64,000 nt of DNA from an uncultured Rivularia sp. Its GTDB lineage: Bacteria > Cyanobacteriota > Cyanobacteriia > Cyanobacteriales > Nostocaceae. The position numbers were made by a program, and so were the translations under genes. Below, in pieces: positions 32,772 through 42,047 of this stretch; position 1 is the first letter of the stretch, and each line of letters begins with the position of its first letter. The DNA is taken from the NCBI GenBank assembly GCA_963665115.1, contig OY762007.1, forward strand, positions 2,976,001-3,040,000, in the 5' to 3' direction. The notes under the pieces were generated by a model. It did no database searches. It saw only the letters and a program-made list of their open reading frames with translations, and was not told the origin of the DNA.

Positions 32772-33563
32772 CTACAAAAGAGTAATTTCATCATCAACTT
32801 TAATAACTTGATTCCCACTTTGTTCATTTGCTAATCGAGTATTTACTGCGAGCTTATAATAATGATTAAAACGAGATTTATTCACCCATTCCGGCAAAGT
32901 TTCTCTACGTTTATTAATAAATGTTTTCTGAAAACTTGAATTAACTTCTGCTGTAACTGCATCCCTAGTCAGAACAATACAGCGCTGACAGGGATTTACT
33001 CCGACAAATTGCAAATTGCCAATTTTAAAATTAATCGGATTATCGCTTTCAGAAAACAATTTATCTTCCCAAAACGCCGGCACTCCATCTATTTCTATGG
33101 TGGTACGCATTCTACGGCGGATATCGTCTTCATTTAAATCAGAATACCAGGAAGCAACTTCTCTTAAAGTGGCAGTACTAACTATAGTTGGTCCTGGTGA
33201 AACTGTATCATCAGGAAAGCCCATTTTTAAGTTTTTTTGTAATTTAACGGTAAAATAAAAAAACTCACTCAGCCAAACTTCTAATTCCTGTATTTCCCAC
33301 TCTAAATGAAAAGAATTCAAATTTTCTTCTGTATCGCTACCTTGAATATGTAGCAATAACATTTTATTTTCTAAATCAAATATTGAGCGCAATAAATGTA
33401 TTTTGGCATGACGTTTAGCATTGACAAACTTACCTTGCTCGTCAACAATGGCAAATTGACGGTCATACTCCAATGCACCACTCTGCAAAACAAGAGCCTG
33501 TATAACTTCCACCCCATCAAGTGACTTGATTGGGTAGATGCAAATCCTGGCTACATGGGGCAT
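32772..33563 (-). CDS. MOSC domain protein
   Basis: IYPIKS, DRQF, RRMRTTI, PAFWED and PCQRC. Confidence 0.9.
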   Translation of the reverse strand: MPHVARICIYPIKSLDGVEVIQALVLQSGALEYDRQFAIVDEQGKFVNAKRHAKIHLLRSIFDLENKMLLLHIQGSDTEENLNSFHLEWEIQELEVWLSEFFYFTVKLQKNLKMGFPDDTVSPGPTIVSTATLREVASWYSDLNEDDIRRRMRTTIEIDGVPAFWEDKLFSESDNPINFKIGNLQFVGVNPCQRCIVLTRDAVTAEVNSSFQKTFINKRRETLPEWVNKSRFNHYYKLAVNTRLANEQSGNQVIKVDDEITLL

Positions 33564-33632
33564 ATTTAGCCTCTAGATAATCGCTGTACTCGAACTTAAT
33601 AACAGCGTATTTTATATAGTGGTTGCTTACAA

Positions 33633-33667
33633 GAGCCAATTTTATAATTTATTACCAGTCCACTTTT
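33633..33667 (-). promoter_or_regulatory. putative MocR/PdxR-type operator
   Basis: Direct repeat AGCCAATTTT / GTCCACTTTT 24 bp apart (minus strand AAAAGTGGAC...AAAATTGGCT), about 70-100 bp upstream of the MOSC gene. Confidence 0.5.
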
Positions 33668-33793
33668 ATCTTAAAGATGAATTTGTTATAAGCCGGAAGC
33701 AACTGTTTTGACGCTTATCTCATAAAATGCATAGTTTGTCAATTAAAATATCAAGTTTTTTTAATCATGACAATGATTTTTTATTGATGATTT

Positions 33794-33802
33794 GGGAATA
33801 CT
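33794..33802 (+). promoter_or_regulatory. J-box GGGAATACT
   Basis: Exact match, 30 nt upstream of ATG. Confidence 0.72.
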
Positions 33803-33832
33803 AAATTCGGAAGCGTTAAGGATGGAAGCAGT

Positions 33833-36800
33833 ATGATTAATATTCCCGGATATCAAATCTTAGAAGAACTCTACAACGGTTCGAGAACCCTGGTCTATCG
33901 TGCTGTTCGAGATGATAAAAAACCTGTAGTCATCAAGTTGCTCAAAAACCCCTATCCGAGTTTCAGCGAGTTGGTGCAGTTTCGCAATCAATACACCATA
34001 GCCAAAAATCTTAATTCACCCGGAATCATCCAAACTTATAGCTTGGCTAATTACCAAAATGGCTATGCATTAGTAATGGAAGATATTATGGGAATTTCCC
34101 TCAATGAATATTTTACCAACAATATAGAGACGCGATATATCGGGTTTCTACAAGAATTTCTCCAAATAGCAATTACCCTTTGCGATACCTTAGATATCCT
34201 CTATCGTCACCGAGTTATTCATAAAGATATTAAGCCTGCCAATATATTAATTAATCCTGAAACTAAACAAGTTAAGTTAATTGATTTTAGTATTGCATCT
34301 TTGTTACCGAGAGAAACCCAAACTCTTATAAATCCTAATGTTTTAGAAGGAACTTTAAGCTATATATCTCCGGAGCAAACCGGAAGAATGAATCGCGGGA
34401 TTGATTACCGTACTGATTTTTATTCTTTGGGTGTAACTTTTTACGAATTATTGACAGGAGAATTACCTTTTAAGTCAGATGATGCTATGGAGTTGGTGCA
34501 TTGTCATATTGCGAAAGCACCTCCACAGATAATAAAACCTCACCCTAACCCTCTCCTTATTAAAGAGAGGAGAAAAGAGATTCCCGCTATTTTATCCGAT
34601 ATCGTGATGAAATTGATGGCGAAAAATGCTGAAGATAGATATCAAAGTGCTTTGGGATTAAAGCATGATTTAGAATCTTGTTTAAAACAACTTCAAGACA
34701 CCGGAAAGATTGAATATTTTCAAATTGCACAAAGAGATATTTGTGACAGATTTATTATTCCTGAAAAACTTTATGGTCGAGAAACTGAAGTTGAAGAATT
34801 ATTAGCTGCATTTGACAGAATTGCTGGTTGTGAAGGCAAAGCGGAATTAATGCTGGTAGCTGGTTTTTCTGGTATTGGAAAAACTGCGCTGATTAACGAA
34901 GTTCATAAGCCAATAGTTAAGCAACGTGGTTATTTTATTCAAGGTAAATTTGACCAGTTTAATCGTAATATTCCTCTGAATGCTTTTGTGCAGGCGTTTC
35001 GAGATTTAATGAGACAATTGAGAACGGAAAGTGATGCCCAATTGTCAATTTGGAAAAACAAAATTATACAGTTTTTGGGTGATAATGCAGGGGTAATAAT
35101 TGATGTTATTCCCGAATTAGAACAAATTATTGGAGAACAACCCCCCGTACCAGAATTATCAGGTACTGCTGCTCAAAATAGATTCAATTTATTATTTGAA
35201 AAATTTATTCAAGTTTTTACGACTAAAGAACATCCTTTAGTTGTCTTTTTAGATGATTTACAGTGGGTAGATTCAGCTTCTTTAAAATTGATGCAGTTGC
35301 TGATGAGTGAATCGGAAAATGGTTATTTATTATTAATTGGTGCTTACAGAAATAACGAGGTCTTTCCGGCTCATCCGTTGATGCTGATGTTAGATGAATT
35401 TAGAAAAGCCGAAGTAACTATCAGTACGATTAATTTAACACCGTTGAGTCAAAAAAGTTTAAATCAGTTAGTTAGCGAGACTCTTAATTGTTCGCCAGTA
35501 GTTACCCAAGAATTGACAAAATTGGTGTATCAAAAGACTAAGGGCAATCCATTTTTTAGCACGCAATTTTTGAAATTACTGCATGAAGATGGTTTGATTA
35601 GATTTAATTTGGATACAGGTTTGTGGGTATGCGATATTTCTCAAGTTAAGGGTTTAGCGCTTACTGATGATGTTGTTGAATTTATGTCATTGCAGCTGCA
35701 AAAGCTACCCGAAGCAACGCAGGATGTATTGAAACTGGCAGCTTGTATCGGAAATCAATTTGATTTATCAACTTTGGCTATAGTTTGCGAAAAGTCGGAA
35801 GCTGAAACTGCTGCTAATTTGTGGAAAACTTTACAGTTAGGGTTGATTTTACCGCAAAGCGAAATTTATAAGTTTTATATTGAAAAAGAAAGACCAGAAA
35901 TTGAGTTAGAATCTCAGGTTATAAGCTATAAGTTTTTACACGATAGAGTCCAACAAGCGGCTTTTTCTTTGATTCCGGAAAAGCAAAAAAAAGCAACTCA
36001 CCTCAAAATAGGACAATTGCTGTTAAAGAATACTGACGAGGATAAATTAGAAGAAAATATCTTTGAGATAGTCAATCAATTAAATATTGGAACTGAGTTG
36101 ATTACCGAGCAATCTTCTCGAAATCAGCTAGCAAAATTAAATTTAATGGCTGGATGTAAAGCCAAGATGGCTACTGCTTATAGCGCTGCTGTTGATTATT
36201 TGACATTGGGAAGAAATTTATTAACAACTACAAGCTGGGAAGACTGCTATGAATTGACGCTAGCACTTTATGAAGAAGCAGCAGAAGCAGCCTACCTCAG
36301 CACTAACTTTGCGGAAATGAATCAATTAGTTGAGGAAATACACCCGAAAGCTAAAACACTTTTAGATCGAATCAAAGTCTACGAAATCGAAATTCAAGCG
36401 CATATGGCACAGGATAAATTCCTTACAGCTATACAGACTGGGTTGCAAGTGCTGGAACTTCTTGGTATTTATTTCCCCGAAACACCCGAATACTCTCATA
36501 TTCAAACAGGAATAGAAACAACCTTTGCTAACTTAGGAGAAAGAAATCCCCTAGATTTAGCTGACATTCCTGTCATGAACGATGTCTCTAAATTAGCAGC
36601 CCAGAGAATTATCAATTGTGTATTTCCTTGTGCTTATCAGGCTGCTCCTCAACTGTTGCCTTTGTTGGTAATGGAACAGGTTAATTTATCGATGAAATAT
36701 GGAAATTCTAATATCTCTGCTACAGGTTATGCGATGTGGGCATTAATTTTGTGCGGAGTTATCGGAGATATTGATACGGGCTATAAATTTGGTCAATTAG

Positions 36801-39259
36801 CTCTATCTTTGCTAGAACGATTCGACAGTAAAGAAACCCAAGCAGGGACAATTTTTCTGATAAATGCTGATGCTAAACATTATCGAGAGCATATTAAAGA
36901 AACATTAGCTTCATTACAATCTGCTTACTCAATTGGATTAGAAACTGGAGACTTAAAATTTGCGGCTTTAGCTATCTATATTTATGCTTACCATGCTTAT
37001 TTAAATGGCAATAATCTTTTAGAGCTTAGCCAACAAATTGCTAATTACAATCAGGTTTTGCATAAATTCCAACAGATCAATACTCTTAATCTGAGCCAAA
37101 CAGTACAGCAAACTATTCTTAACTTATTAGGTGAATCAGAAGACCCATGCCAACTAACTGGTGAAGCGTACAACCGAGAGGAAATGCTACCGCTTCAACA
37201 GCAAACTAATGATGCTACGGCTACTTTTTACGTTTATTTCAATCAAATGATTCTAAATTATTTGTTTGAAAATTATCAGCAGGCATTAGAAAACGCGATT
37301 GAAGCAGAAAAATATTTAGTTGGAGTAACGGCTAATCTTGTTGTTCCTGTTTTCTATTTTTATGACTCTTTGGTACAGCTAGCTACCCATACAAAAGCTA
37401 TAGATAAAAATCCTGAAGCTATCTTTAATAAAGTTGAGGCTAACCAGCAAAAAATGCAAAACTGGGCGCATCATGCCCCAATGAATTTTCAACATAAATA
37501 TGATTTAGTTGAAGCAGAAAAAAATCGGATTTTAGGTAAAAATTGGCAAGCAGCCGAACTATATGACTTAACAATCAAAGCATCTGAAGAACATGGTTTT
37601 ATCCAGGAAGTTGCCCTTGCAAACGAACTTGCAGCTAAATTCTACCTAGATTGGAATAAACAAAAAATAGCTCAAGTATATATACAAGAAGCTTACTATA
37701 GTTACGCTCGTTGGGGAGCTAAAGCTAAAATAGACGACTTAGAAAAACGCTATCCCGAGATACTTGCAGCAATCTTAGAAACACAAAAAATTAACTCTCA
37801 AAACCATGACACATACCTTCAAACCAATCAAACGATCCAAACAAATCGTTCTAGCAGCAGCCTTGGTGAAGCTTTAGATTTCGCCAGCATTCTTAAAGCA
37901 ACACGAGCTTTATCAAGTGAAATTCAATTAGACGAGTTAATTTCAACTTTACTGCAAATAGTGATAGAAAATGCTGGAGCAGACAAAGCTGCTTTAGTTT
38001 TACTTAAAAACAATATCTTTACTTTAGAAGCTATTGCAACTGATGATACTGTAACTTACTTCTCAATCCCTTACGAAACCAGTCCTGACATTCCTAGCTT
38101 AGTTTTGAATTACGTCAAACGCAGTTTAGAAACTGTTGTATTAGATAATGCCACAATTAAAAATTACTTTATTGCCGACGAATATTTAATACAACAGCAA
38201 CCCAAAAGTTTATTATGTTTCCCGATTTTGGATAGAGGTAAATTAACAGGTTTACTGTATTTGGAAAATAAGCTAACATTCGGTGCATTTACAGCTTCAA
38301 GATTGGAAGTAGTTAATCTTTTATGTTCTCAATCTGCTATTTCCTTAGAGAATGCTCGTTTATACCAAGAATCTCAGAATTTTGCAAAACAATTACAGCA
38401 AACTTTACAAGAATTAAAGCAAGCTCAATTACAAATGGTACAAAATGAAAAAATGGCTAGTTTGGGTAACTTAGTCGCAGGAGTAGCACACGAAGTTAAC
38501 AATCCAATTGGATTTCTTAAAGGCAGTATCAGCAATGCCGAAGAATATATTAAAGATTTATTTGCTCATCTAGAATGCTATCAAGAGAATTACCCCAGTC
38601 CAGAAGAAGAAGTGATAGAAAGTGCTGAAGAAATCGATTTAGAATTCCTCACCGAAGACTTACCAAAGCTTTTAAATTCGATGTCAGTAGCAACAGAACG
38701 CATTACCGATATTAGTAACAGTCTTCGTACTTTTTCCAGAGCAGATACATCCCAGAAAGTTGCTTGCAATCTTCACGAAGGGATTGATAGTACAATCTTG
38801 ATTTTAAAATATCGTCTCAAAGCCAACAATAAACGTCCTGCAATTGAAATTATTCAAGAGTACGGTCAATTACCGTCTATCAAGTGCTTTTTGGGACAGT
38901 TAAATCAAGTATTTATGAACATTATTGCGAATGCCATAGATGCTTTAGACATGACAAATGAAGGAAAAACATTTGCTCAAATAGAGGCAAATCCTCATAA
39001 AATAATGATTCAGACTGAATTATCAAATAAAAATAATAGAGCAATAATTAAAATAAAAGATAATGGTCCTGGAATGACTTTAGCAGTTCAAGAACGTATT
39101 TTCGATAATCTTTTTACTACTAAAGGAGTTGGTAAAGGTACGGGATTGGGTTTAGCAATAGCAAAGCAAATAGTTGAAGAAACTCACGGTGGAAAAATCA
39201 CCTGCAATTCCACACTAGGAGAAGGAACTGAATTTGTAATTGAATTACCTATCAATTAA
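33833..39259 (+). CDS. trifunctional Ser/Thr kinase - AAA ATPase - GAF - histidine kinase
   Basis: HKDIKPAN/DFS kinase motifs, GFSGIGKT P-loop, LDDLQW, helical repeats, GAF, AHEVNNP H-box and HATPase. Confidence 0.96.
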   Translation: MINIPGYQILEELYNGSRTLVYRAVRDDKKPVVIKLLKNPYPSFSELVQFRNQYTIAKNLNSPGIIQTYSLANYQNGYALVMEDIMGISLNEYFTNNIETRYIGFLQEFLQIAITLCDTLDILYRHRVIHKDIKPANILINPETKQVKLIDFSIASLLPRETQTLINPNVLEGTLSYISPEQTGRMNRGIDYRTDFYSLGVTFYELLTGELPFKSDDAMELVHCHIAKAPPQIIKPHPNPLLIKERRKEIPAILSDIVMKLMAKNAEDRYQSALGLKHDLESCLKQLQDTGKIEYFQIAQRDICDRFIIPEKLYGRETEVEELLAAFDRIAGCEGKAELMLVAGFSGIGKTALINEVHKPIVKQRGYFIQGKFDQFNRNIPLNAFVQAFRDLMRQLRTESDAQLSIWKNKIIQFLGDNAGVIIDVIPELEQIIGEQPPVPELSGTAAQNRFNLLFEKFIQVFTTKEHPLVVFLDDLQWVDSASLKLMQLLMSESENGYLLLIGAYRNNEVFPAHPLMLMLDEFRKAEVTISTINLTPLSQKSLNQLVSETLNCSPVVTQELTKLVYQKTKGNPFFSTQFLKLLHEDGLIRFNLDTGLWVCDISQVKGLALTDDVVEFMSLQLQKLPEATQDVLKLAACIGNQFDLSTLAIVCEKSEAETAANLWKTLQLGLILPQSEIYKFYIEKERPEIELESQVISYKFLHDRVQQAAFSLIPEKQKKATHLKIGQLLLKNTDEDKLEENIFEIVNQLNIGTELITEQSSRNQLAKLNLMAGCKAKMATAYSAAVDYLTLGRNLLTTTSWEDCYELTLALYEEAAEAAYLSTNFAEMNQLVEEIHPKAKTLLDRIKVYEIEIQAHMAQDKFLTAIQTGLQVLELLGIYFPETPEYSHIQTGIETTFANLGERNPLDLADIPVMNDVSKLAAQRIINCVFPCAYQAAPQLLPLLVMEQVNLSMKYGNSNISATGYAMWALILCGVIGDIDTGYKFGQLALSLLERFDSKETQAGTIFLINADAKHYREHIKETLASLQSAYSIGLETGDLKFAALAIYIYAYHAYLNGNNLLELSQQIANYNQVLHKFQQINTLNLSQTVQQTILNLLGESEDPCQLTGEAYNREEMLPLQQQTNDATATFYVYFNQMILNYLFENYQQALENAIEAEKYLVGVTANLVVPVFYFYDSLVQLATHTKAIDKNPEAIFNKVEANQQKMQNWAHHAPMNFQHKYDLVEAEKNRILGKNWQAAELYDLTIKASEEHGFIQEVALANELAAKFYLDWNKQKIAQVYIQEAYYSYARWGAKAKIDDLEKRYPEILAAILETQKINSQNHDTYLQTNQTIQTNRSSSSLGEALDFASILKATRALSSEIQLDELISTLLQIVIENAGADKAALVLLKNNIFTLEAIATDDTVTYFSIPYETSPDIPSLVLNYVKRSLETVVLDNATIKNYFIADEYLIQQQPKSLLCFPILDRGKLTGLLYLENKLTFGAFTASRLEVVNLLCSQSAISLENARLYQESQNFAKQLQQTLQELKQAQLQMVQNEKMASLGNLVAGVAHEVNNPIGFLKGSISNAEEYIKDLFAHLECYQENYPSPEEEVIESAEEIDLEFLTEDLPKLLNSMSVATERITDISNSLRTFSRADTSQKVACNLHEGIDSTILILKYRLKANNKRPAIEIIQEYGQLPSIKCFLGQLNQVFMNIIANAIDALDMTNEGKTFAQIEANPHKIMIQTELSNKNNRAIIKIKDNGPGMTLAVQERIFDNLFTTKGVGKGTGLGLAIAKQIVEETHGGKITCNSTLGEGTEFVIELPIN

Positions 39260-39331
39260 TTTTAGATTTTGGATTTTAGATTTTGGATTTTGGGTTAAAT
39301 CTACTATTTCCTATTCCCTACTCCCTAACCT

Positions 39332-39496
39332 TTAATAATCATTATCAGCCACACAAATTCCTTTACATTTAATGCCATTTGTCGCGGTGCGCTTACAGTG
39401 GGGACATAGTATCTTTTCGCTGTCTATTTCTGCATCGTTGTTTGTATTGCTATTTGCTGGCGATTTATGTTTTTCTGTCTGGGATTCCGAAGTCAT
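39332..39496 (-). CDS. small Cys-rich protein (CPHC...CxxxC)
   Basis: C-terminal CPHCKRTATNGIKCKGICVADNDY; ATG at 39496 preferred as start. Confidence 0.7.
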   Translation of the reverse strand: MTSESQTEKHKSPANSNTNNDAEIDSEKILCPHCKRTATNGIKCKGICVADNDY

Positions 39497-39554
39497 AAAT
39501 GAGAAGAGATTTTTGGGATTTTCATCATATATTTTACATTTTATAGTGGAACGC

Positions 39555-39662
39555 GGGAGACGTAGCACTGCGCCCCGTCTCTACAACTCGTCGAAAGCAT
39601 AAATTCTGAATGGTTCGTTTTCTCTGAACCGTCGAGAGACGTTATGTATAACGTCTCTACAA
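39555..39662. repeat. two GAGACG...CGTCTCTAC palindromes
   Basis: GGGAGACGTAGCACTGCGCCCCGTCTCTAC and AGAGACGTTATGTATAACGTCTCTAC. Confidence 0.8.
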
Positions 39663-40067
39663 GCCGTCGGGACTATATTCTGGTTAGGTTTATCAATTGA
39701 GTAAATACATTAGATTCGGCGTAAATCAAAATACGGGTGGTAACATAGATATAATCAGATGTAAGTAAGTAAAAGTGTGTATTTTTTAAATATTTTTATA
39801 CTATGTTTACGTAAGATTAATTCCGGTATAGGTATGCTTTTATAACCGTTGAATTGAAAAAATCGAGAAAAGACTGCGGGGCTGGCGACACTCTACAGTA
39901 AGTTATAACCCCAAAAAGGTCAGTATTGGTTATCGTAATACTACTGTTGTGCATTGTAGATCGAAGTACAGATCGGTACATTGTTTATTCTGTAATTCAA
40001 TCCCGAAATAGTCAGTTTGCGAAGAAAACTTAGTCAGTTGTAAAAGGCTGAAGGGAAGTGTAGAGCA

Positions 40068-41652
40068 ATGCGAATTTTATTAATTTATCCTTTATTTCCA
40101 AAAACTTTTTGGTCGTATGAAAAAATTTTGGAGCTGGTAGATAAAAAAGTTTTATTACCACCTTTAGGTTTAGCTACTGTAGCTGCAATTTTGCCTCAAG
40201 AGTGGGAGTTTAAGTTAGTAGATCGTAATATTCGCTCTGTGACGGAAGCTGAATGGGAATGGGCAGATATGGTAATTTTATCTGCGATGATTGTGCAAAA
40301 AGAAGATTTATGCGATCAAATAAAAGTTGCAAAACAACACGGTAAATTAGTTGCAGTTGGTGGCCCCTTATCCAACCTCCGTACCCGCAGTAGCTCAAGA
40401 AGCTGGAGCCGATTTTCTCATCCTTGATGAAGGGGAAATTACTTTACCAATGTTTGTCGAAGCCGTACAAGCTGGTCAAACAAGTGGTATATTTCGCGCA
40501 ACAGAAAAACCAGATGTGACTTCAACACCGATTCCCCGCTTTGATTTATTGGAAAGAGATGATTACGACATGATGTCGGTGCAGTTTTCTCGCGGTTGTC
40601 CGTTTCAATGCGAATTTTGCGATATTATCGTACTTTACGGACGCAAACCCCGTACCAAAACCCCAGCACAGCTTTTAGCCGAACTTGATTGTTTGTATGA
40701 ATTGGGTTGGCGTGGCGGTATATTCATGGTGGATGATAACTTTATTGGCAATAAACGCAACGTTAAGCTGTTGCTCAAAGAGTTAAAAGAATGGATGAAA
40801 GCACACGAATATCCATTCCGCTTTGATACCGAAGCCTCAGTAGATTTAGCACAAGATCCAGAATTGATGGAATTGATGGTTGAATGTGGTTTTGCTGCGG
40901 TATTTTTGGGTATTGAGACACCAGATGAAGATAGTTTGCAGCTAACAAAGAAATTTCAAAACACCCGCAACTCCCTGGTTGAATCCGTACAAGATATTAT
41001 CAAAGCGGGTTTGCGTCCGATGGCTGGTTTTATTATTGGCTTCGATGGAGAAAAATCCGGTGCTGGCGATCGCATTGTCCGGTTTGCGGAACAAGCAGCG
41101 ATTCCTTCTACTACTTTTGCGATGTTACAAGCATTACCCAACACAGCATTGTGGCATCGTTTAGAGAAAGAAGGCAGAATGCGCGAATCTCAGGACGGAA
41201 ACATTAACCAAACTACGTTAATGAATTTTATTCCCACTCGTCCTTTAGAGGATATTGGCAGGGAATATATTGAAGCATTTTGTGCTTTGTATGACCCCAT
41301 CGCTTATTTAGACCGTACCTATCGCTGCTTTTTAATGATGGGTAAACCGAGTTGGAAAGCACCAGCTAAAAAGACCGAATGGGTTGTTGTCAAAGCACTT
41401 GCAACTGTTATTTTGCGACAAGGAATTAAACGCGAAACTCGCTGGAAATTCTGGCATCATTTATTCGGTATTCTCAAGCATAATCCCGCAGTTTTTGAAC
41501 ATTATTTATCTTCTTGCGCTCACAATGAGCATTTTCTGGAATACCGTCAAATAGTCCGCGAGCAAATCGAATCCCAACTTGAAGAGTATTTGGCTCAAGG
41601 TGCAGAAAAGCCTTATGTATTTGTGAAGAAAGCTGAAGCCGTTAACGCTTAA
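40068..41652 (+). CDS. B12-binding radical SAM protein (DUF4070 type), frameshifted at about 40365
   Basis: LPPLGL B12-binding N-terminus and CPFQCEFC motif. Removing one C from CCCC at 40364-40367 restores VGGPYPT. Confidence 0.92.
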
Positions 41653-41674
41653 TTGATTGAATTATAGGTCAAAC

Positions 41675-41718
41675 AAAATTGTAGAGAAGGTATATTAAAG
41701 CCGTTTCTACAATTTTTT
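41675..41718 (+). terminator. terminator-like hairpin
   Basis: AAAATTGTAGA...TCTACAATTTTTT immediately after the radical SAM stop. Confidence 0.55.
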
Positions 41719-41807
41719 ATGTTTATATGCTTCTTCAGTTTCTATTATGCTTAAATGTCGCTAAAAAGATTATTGGTATCTGTAACTACTCCGGTCGCGG
41801 AATCCGT

Positions 41808-41854
41808 TGAAGCGTCAATAATCACGCCCGCCTTTAGGTCGGTGAGTACGTCAA
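41808..41854 (+). mobile_element. possible IS200/IS605 right-end remnant
   Basis: CCGCCTTTAGGTCGG hairpin then GAGTACGTCAA, resembling cyanobacterial IS605 right ends; no transposase nearby. Confidence 0.35.
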
Positions 41855-42009
41855 TAGCAGTTTGTGGCTAAGTTATTGATTAATAAGTAAAGCATTAATT
41901 ATGCAATCTAAAAAGCAATTGTTGGCAACTAAATAATAATATGAATATAGCCTTTCCCTGTAGTTTGGATAAAAAAATATGTCTTAATAATAATTATTGT
42001 AAAGATTTT

Positions 42010-42018
42010 GGGAATACT
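42010..42018 (+). promoter_or_regulatory. J-box GGGAATACT
   Basis: Exact match, 29 nt upstream of ATG. Confidence 0.72.
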
Positions 42019-42047
42019 AAATCTAGAAGTATCAGGAATTCAGTGGT

